From a virus (lineage: Duplodnaviria; Heunggongvirae; Uroviricota; Caudoviricetes): DNA of 64,000 bases. This document shows positions 59,241-64,000 of the stretch, piece by piece. Within the stretch, counting starts at the first letter, position 1, and the number at the start of each line of letters is the position of its first letter. The stretch covers positions 64,001 through 128,000 of IMG/VR virus record IMGVR_UViG_3300037010_001573, one strand, 5' to 3'. The notes under the pieces were generated by a model that was not told the origin of the DNA, ran no database searches, and saw only the letters and a list, made by a program, of their open reading frames with translations. A program made the translations under genes and the position numbers.

Positions 59241-59684
59241 TTATTTTTTATCTTCTAATTGTTTTTGAAAATATTCATAAATATCAGCATAATCAGTAAA
59301 ATCATCTTGAATAGAACTCACATCATCATCATCTATGTAATCTTCTTCATTTATTTCATGTTCATTTGAATCATCTGCTAATTGACGAGCAGCTCCTTGT
59401 AATTGAGTATCGGACCATTTCGCTGCTTCCTCTCGAGTTAATCCTAAAAAACTAATTAATTCAGATCTACCCATTTTTTTAATTTTATCAACAGAATATT
59501 CATTTTCTTTAACAAAATTAACAGGATTAGATAATGAACCTGCTGTTTGATCACCTGTTGTTCTTTTTATTTGATCTATTTGTTGACTTTGCTGTTGTGG
59601 AGTAAGAGTTCTACCTCCGGTTTTAACAGTCAATGATTCACGTACTTTAGTTCTAATAGTTTCTTTTAATTGAGATACTTTCAT
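59241..59684 (-). CDS. Hypothetical protein
   Basis: 147 aa, acidic C-terminus; upstream of terminase. Confidence 0.6.
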   Translation of the reverse strand: MKVSQLKETIRTKVRESLTVKTGGRTLTPQQQSQQIDQIKRTTGDQTAGSLSNPVNFVKENEYSVDKIKKMGRSELISFLGLTREEAAKWSDTQLQGAARQLADDSNEHEINEEDYIDDDDVSSIQDDFTDYADIYEYFQKQLEDKK

Positions 59685-59703
59685 AAATTAGTAATTGTAT
59701 TTA

Positions 59704-60234
59704 CTATAAATATTCAGAAATTGCATTTAACACAATTTTAATTCTATCTTCTGTTGTACCTGATATTTCAACTAAACGTTTAGGTGGGTATGTTTTTAAC
59801 AAATCAACAATTGTTCGATCAATCAGTAATCTATAATCTGGATCTATTGTACGAACTCCATTATCTTCTATCTCTACACCTATTGGTGATATGTAAAATA
59901 TGATATCATATTGATCAGATAAACAAGAAGCCAATTCTATATATCGTTTTTTCGCATTTTCATCAATGGATTTTGCATTATCTGTAAATGAGCATACATC
60001 CCATATGGTTCTATCAGTCAATACGTTATCTCGCAAAATTTCACTAGATCTTTCAGCTAAAAATATAATCTGTCCTGGTAAAGTAGAATCTGTATTTAGA
60101 GGGATACCTAAATCTCTTAAATATTTACTACGTTCAGTTGCTATAAAATAGTCTTTAAATTCTGGTAATTCAGATAATGCTTTGACTAATGTTGTTTTTC
60201 CACATGACATTGTGCCCGTAAATCCTATTTTCAT
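59704..60234 (-). CDS. P-loop kinase/ATPase (AAA_28/NadR-like; possible nucleotide kinase)
   Basis: GTMSCGKTT Walker A, LTDRTIWD, YDIIFY, EDNGVR. Confidence 0.8.
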   Translation of the reverse strand: MKIGFTGTMSCGKTTLVKALSELPEFKDYFIATERSKYLRDLGIPLNTDSTLPGQIIFLAERSSEILRDNVLTDRTIWDVCSFTDNAKSIDENAKKRYIELASCLSDQYDIIFYISPIGVEIEDNGVRTIDPDYRLLIDRTIVDLLKTYPPKRLVEISGTTEDRIKIVLNAISEYL

Positions 60235-60235
60235 A

Positions 60236-60520
60236 TTATCGCATTGTATTTTTAAATAATGGGTTTTTTGCTGGTGGTAAACCTGTGTGATTACGTTTTA
60301 ATTCTTTAATTACTTCAGGTGTGTTTCCTTGATATATTCCCCAAAAATAGTATTCTTTTTTCCCATCTGGTTTTATTAGAGCAGGTCCTTCTGTATTATG
60401 TAGAACCCATTCTTCTTTATATGAATTGGGATCATTTTTGTCTTGGGCGCCCTCTTTTAGGCGTTTCGTTTTGGATAAGTGCATTACTTGTCCGTCCGGG
60501 GTTTTTAGTTTTCTTTCCAT
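60236..60520 (-). CDS. Hypothetical protein
   Basis: LHNTEGPALIKPDGKKEYYFWG repeat-like unit. Confidence 0.6.
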   Translation of the reverse strand: MERKLKTPDGQVMHLSKTKRLKEGAQDKNDPNSYKEEWVLHNTEGPALIKPDGKKEYYFWGIYQGNTPEVIKELKRNHTGLPPAKNPLFKNTMR

Positions 60521-60665
60521 TTTTTTCTATTTTAATTTTTTGTATTTCTCGTTTAGTTTTAATATCTACAGAAACAGGCCCATATGTGTTAAAATCTAAA
60601 TCATAAACCCATGTTACTTTTTCATCATCGTCTTCATAAATTCTTGTAAATTGTCTTTCACCCAT
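60432..60665 (-). CDS. Hypothetical protein
   Basis: Follows a Bacteroidota-type promoter; overlaps the next ORF. Confidence 0.45.
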   Translation of the reverse strand: MGERQFTRIYEDDDEKVTWVYDLDFNTYGPVSVDIKTKREIQKIKIEKNGKKTKNPGRTSNALIQNETPKRGRPRQK

Positions 60666-60684
60666 TTTATAAAGATAATAAAAA

Positions 60685-61485
60685 TTATTGGTTTTTCAAA
60701 ATATATTCGGATACATAAACCCCATGTGCACCACTTACAGTAATACCACGTGCTGATAAAGCATCACCCACAAAATGAACATTTGGGTATGTGTTAAGAG
60801 ATAAATTATCGTAATTAACTAAAGGTTCTGGTGATAAATATTTTACTTCTGGTATATACATTCCCCAATCGTCTCCGAATTTAAATACTTTATTCATTTG
60901 TTCGATAAAGTTAAGAATATATTCTGCATATTCACCAAATGCTTCTTTGAAGGGTTGTAAGTCTTTTACGCGAATGGTTTTAATCAATTCATTTTCAGAT
61001 GTTTTGGAAGGTTCTCTTGAAGGTGAATAATAAATTCCTCTTAAAGATTTCATCCCTACTAAGTATTTAAATTGACATTTTCTTACTACCTCTCGACTCC
61101 ACTCAAATGGATTTTCAATGCCTTTGATTTCCATTAATATACCAAAGTTGGTCATATCATTTCTAAATTCTTCTCCTTTTTTAGCATGACCATTATAACT
61201 AATATCACCATATGTTTCTTCTACAGCAACATAAGCAGCATTGTTATTAGTGCAAAATGATCTTAAAGATACTTGTTCGTTTGGTTTTTGATATAATTTG
61301 AAATCATAAGATACATCAATCAATTTTTGGAAATATTTTTGTGGGCTTTCAAATCTACAGCCTATTTGAACTGATTTAGGTTCAGTTGATAAGTCATATT
61401 CTTCAGCTAAAGATTTACCAAAATCAATACCTGATTTACCTACTGCGAATATTAATGAGTCGTATTTAATTTTATTTGTTTCCAT
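60685..61485 (-). CDS. FAD-dependent oxidoreductase (COG2509-like), C-terminal piece
   Basis: YDSLIFAVGKSG, VQIGCRFE, VRSFCTN-like SLRSFCTN, PEVKY, HFVGDALSARGI. Confidence 0.85.
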   Translation of the reverse strand: METNKIKYDSLIFAVGKSGIDFGKSLAEEYDLSTEPKSVQIGCRFESPQKYFQKLIDVSYDFKLYQKPNEQVSLRSFCTNNNAAYVAVEETYGDISYNGHAKKGEEFRNDMTNFGILMEIKGIENPFEWSREVVRKCQFKYLVGMKSLRGIYYSPSREPSKTSENELIKTIRVKDLQPFKEAFGEYAEYILNFIEQMNKVFKFGDDWGMYIPEVKYLSPEPLVNYDNLSLNTYPNVHFVGDALSARGITVSGAHGVYVSEYILKNQ

Positions 61486-61735
61486 CTGTTATTTTAATTG
61501 TACTGTAAAAATTTGGGTAATAGTTTTTTTGAGAATATTTAGAAATAAATTTGCTTTTTAAATATTTTGGTTTGATAAAGAAATGCTTAATTTTTAATAA
61601 GAAATTCTTAAATTTATTTTTATACCAAACTGTTTCTCCATTTATTTGAGTAGCAACAGTAACACAAATATATGGAGCCCAAACATATCCTTTTTCTAAA
61701 CTTCCTTTATCTATTTTTATATCTTTATTTTCCAT
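61472..61735 (-). CDS. Small protein resembling the C-terminus of the major capsid protein
   Basis: LEKGYVWAPY vs capsid LESGAVYAPY; SKYSQKNYYPNFY vs capsid TRYAKKMLRPEFY. Confidence 0.55.
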   Translation of the reverse strand: MENKDIKIDKGSLEKGYVWAPYICVTVATQINGETVWYKNKFKNFLLKIKHFFIKPKYLKSKFISKYSQKNYYPNFYSTIKITDGNK

Positions 61736-62387
61736 CCTTTATATGTTTTTGCTTTGTTTGTGACTAAATTATATATTCCTTTATAAGTTAAATTATATTG
61801 ATTTTGAAAATCATATCTAATACCTTCAAATTCTTCATTAGTATTTATATTAATAAAAATATATATTTGATTATTTACAAATTTATATTTTCCTTCTTCA
61901 GTATGTTTAGGTTTACCTTTTTGTTTTAAATTTTTAGATAATTTAGCTTCTTCATTCATTTTAAAACCTTTAGGTGCTCCTATCTTTATACCAGGAGTTT
62001 TAATATGATTTAAACCTTTATCTTTTCTAATTTTTATTCTATTTTGTTTTACTCCTATTTTTTAGATCTAATTTTTTCAATAGTTTCATCAGAGTGTTTA
62101 TTCAATCCTCCTCCACCTTCATTTTGATTGATTAATTGGAATCCCCATTGTTTAAATTGTTGAATCCAATGGTTTTCCCAAAATTTCCAAATTTCTTTTA
62201 TATTATCACATTCATCGATTAAATTAAAAATAATATCTTCTCCAAATTCTCTCTTCCAATCCGCTTCTCTAGATTTAGGATTTTTTGTTTTTCCTATATA
62301 AAATGGAATATTGTTTTTTTCTAAATAATATATAAAAGCTTTATTTTTTATCTTCAATTGGTTTGTATTCGACTTCATTAGTTTCAA
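61717..62387 (-). pseudogene. GIY-YIG homing endonuclease, frameshifted (paralog of 3153..3782)
   Basis: IYYLEKNNIPFYIGKTKN, WIQQFKQWGFQLINQNEGGGG; a -1 shift at the A6 run near 62058 joins ORF 62055..62387 to ORF 61717..61959. Confidence 0.8.
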
Positions 62388-62883
62388 AATTTATATTGGT
62401 GACCTCATGCTGCCATAAGAAATTAATACCCTTATCAACTAAATATTGATACCAAGCAACTGCTATAAGAGAAAGATAATTACTTCCTATATGCCATACA
62501 GGAAATAAACGTAATCCAAAGTATGGTTTAATAAATTCAGGTTCTTCAACAGGATCAGAACAAAATATTTCTTCTGGTTTAGGGTGAAAGCGTCTAAAGT
62601 TACTAATAACTTGATCCATCAGTTGCATTGCTTTGTCTTCACCACAATACTTGGATAATTGACCCCCAATGGCTGTATGGTATGTGAGTTTACCATCAGA
62701 GTATCCTCCAGCTCCTGCAAACCCACACATAACCTCTTCTGGTTTTCTTTCATAAGGGTCCTTGCCTTTATCTATAATTGTTATAAGTTCACCGGGATAA
62801 CCCCCATCTACTAATTTTAATGCTGCGTTAATCCCAGCTACTCCACTTCCTACAATTACAATTTTCTTTTCGTATTTACTCAT
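62341..62883 (-). CDS. FAD-dependent oxidoreductase (COG2509-like), N-terminal piece
   Basis: IVIVGSGVAG Rossmann motif, GFAGAGGYSDGKL. Confidence 0.85.
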   Translation of the reverse strand: MSKYEKKIVIVGSGVAGINAALKLVDGGYPGELITIIDKGKDPYERKPEEVMCGFAGAGGYSDGKLTYHTAIGGQLSKYCGEDKAMQLMDQVISNFRRFHPKPEEIFCSDPVEEPEFIKPYFGLRLFPVWHIGSNYLSLIAVAWYQYLVDKGINFLWQHEVTNINFETNEVEYKPIEDKK

Positions 62884-63082
62884 TTTTACATTTCCATTTA
62901 TAATTTAATGCTGTTTTTTGTCTTCCTAATATACAATCTTTAATTTGTGAAGTTAAATTACTATTTTTGCCTGTTAATTCTTTAAAATATTTAGCAGCTA
63001 ATCCTTTACTCTCCCATTCTTTAATAAAATTACCTTCTAAATCTAACTGTAATACAGGTTTAGCACACTTTAATTTAGCCAA
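62876..63082 (-). pseudogene. NUMOD1-type endonuclease tail remnant
   Basis: KPVLQLDLEGNFIKEWES...ILGRQKTALNYKW; no catalytic domain; upstream in-frame stops. Confidence 0.65.
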
Positions 63083-63156
63083 ACCCGTATTAATAGTATG
63101 TTCTGATGGAAATGGTTTTTAGTATTAGTATACTAAAGAACCATCAGACCAAAAAC

Positions 63157-63468
63157 CTATTCATCCGTTAGTTTTTTATCAAATTTATTAAATCTGTATT
63201 TTGCTTTTTCTTCTATTTTTCCAGGACTACACATAATACAACTACATGGTTTACCTGTTGTTCTGTAACAGTTAAAATTTATTAATTTATTTCTTGGATT
63301 ATTTCCCCAACCATTATCAAATATATCTTGGATAATACCGTAATTTTTTAAACGTTTTTTAAATTTTGCCTGACCTTTTAATTTTCGTTCTTGCTTATTC
63401 ATCTTAAAAATTTTAACTATTAAATATACGAAAAAAAAATGTGAACTCAAAATCTTTTTTGAATCCAC
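63157..63468 (-). CDS. Hypothetical protein with CSCxxC motif
   Basis: TGKPCSCIMCSPGK; the real start is probably MNKQERK. Confidence 0.6.
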   Translation of the reverse strand: MDSKKILSSHFFFVYLIVKIFKMNKQERKLKGQAKFKKRLKNYGIIQDIFDNGWGNNPRNKLINFNCYRTTGKPCSCIMCSPGKIEEKAKYRFNKFDKKLTDE

Positions 63469-63495
63469 ATCTCTTATAATTTTAAATGACTTATA

Positions 63496-63969
63496 TTATC
63501 CGTAAATACTTTCACACATCATTTCATCTTCCTCTCTACTTTCAGCAATAGCACCAAGAACTGTATATTTTTTACCTCCAATATTTAAAGCTTGTATAGT
63601 CTTTGTATTAATCATTCTATATCCTTTAGCTTGGATATCATAAACAGGAATAAGACCCATTTCAGCAGCATTATATTTTAATTCTCCTCCTTTTAGATAT
63701 TTTTTAACACCTAAACGAGCATTCATAGTACGTTCAGAACCATCTTTTTTAATAAATACTACTGTAAATATTTTACCTTTAGTATTGAATATAAGTTCTT
63801 TAGCAGTGTCCAAATCAATCTGCCCACTAGGTTCAGCAGGTGCCGGGGCTGGTTCAGCAGGTGCTCCTAAGAAATCATCTGTTGGTTCTTCATTTTCTTC
63901 GTTGATAAGTCTCGAGTTTTTAGTCATTTTATGTTCAACTAGAAATTGTTTTAAATCGAATTCTTGCAT
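63496..63969 (-). CDS. Protein with WYL-like/SH3-fold domain
   Basis: IFTVVFIKKDGSERTMNARLGV...PVYD...GYRMIN. Confidence 0.65.
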   Translation of the reverse strand: MQEFDLKQFLVEHKMTKNSRLINEENEEPTDDFLGAPAEPAPAPAEPSGQIDLDTAKELIFNTKGKIFTVVFIKKDGSERTMNARLGVKKYLKGGELKYNAAEMGLIPVYDIQAKGYRMINTKTIQALNIGGKKYTVLGAIAESREEDEMMCESIYG

Positions 63970-64000
63970 TTTGTTTTCTTTTAATTTAATAATAAATATT

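Noticed and set aside
59241-59684. Small terminase call for the ORF upstream of the large terminase
   Set aside because: Position fits, but no recognisable motif supports it
1769-60655. Plus-strand ORFs in the track (e.g. 1769, 7814, 10532, 16821, 19324, 21793, 27690, 32843, 50777, 60319)
   Set aside because: All are antisense shadows of well-supported minus-strand genes and have no recognisable motifs
23669-62387. Homopolymer frameshifts as general sequencing error
   Set aside because: They are confined to endonuclease and accessory ORFs, while long essential genes with many A/T runs are intact; real decay is more likely, though single cases need read-level checks
1-64000. Stop-codon reassignment (TAG or TGA recoding as in some large phages)
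   Set aside because: Core genes are full length in the standard code; in-frame TAGs occur only in remnants that also contain TAA stops and frameshifts
1-64000. tRNA genes or CRISPR arrays
   Set aside because: No cloverleaf with T-loop consensus and no regularly spaced direct repeats were seen by eye; tRNAscan-SE and a CRISPR finder would be needed to exclude them fully

Overview
This AT-rich window is part of a large myovirus genome with T4-like morphogenesis genes; every credible gene is on the minus strand. Promoter-like motifs (TTTG-N19/20-TA(T/C)(A/C)TTTA) and A-rich start regions lacking Shine-Dalgarno sequences suggest a Bacteroidota host (inference). From low to high coordinates it contains: groEL/groES; a sliding clamp; a family B DNA polymerase split in two by a free-standing GIY-YIG endonuclease; a dispersed 7-deazaguanine module (MazG-like pyrophosphatase, purine phosphoribosyltransferase, folE, queE, queC, DpdA/TGT-like protein, and queD interrupted by a 261-nt group I intron) with a lysis cassette inside it; class Ia RNR; helicase, RNase H/FEN, RecA, SSB and a minimal family A polymerase; baseplate, tape measure, tail, neck and fibre genes; capsid, scaffold, protease, portal and terminase; and an FAD oxidoreductase split by a second GIY-YIG gene and a small ORF resembling the capsid C-terminus. 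The most notable observations are the possible pre-replicative deazaguanine genome-modification system, the queD intron, a recoded duplicate of the queC N-terminus flanking an endonuclease remnant, two genes split without introns, the mini-capsid ORF, a candidate tail-chaperone frameshift and a candidate structured small RNA. All functional calls come from motif recognition by eye; no database searches were run.
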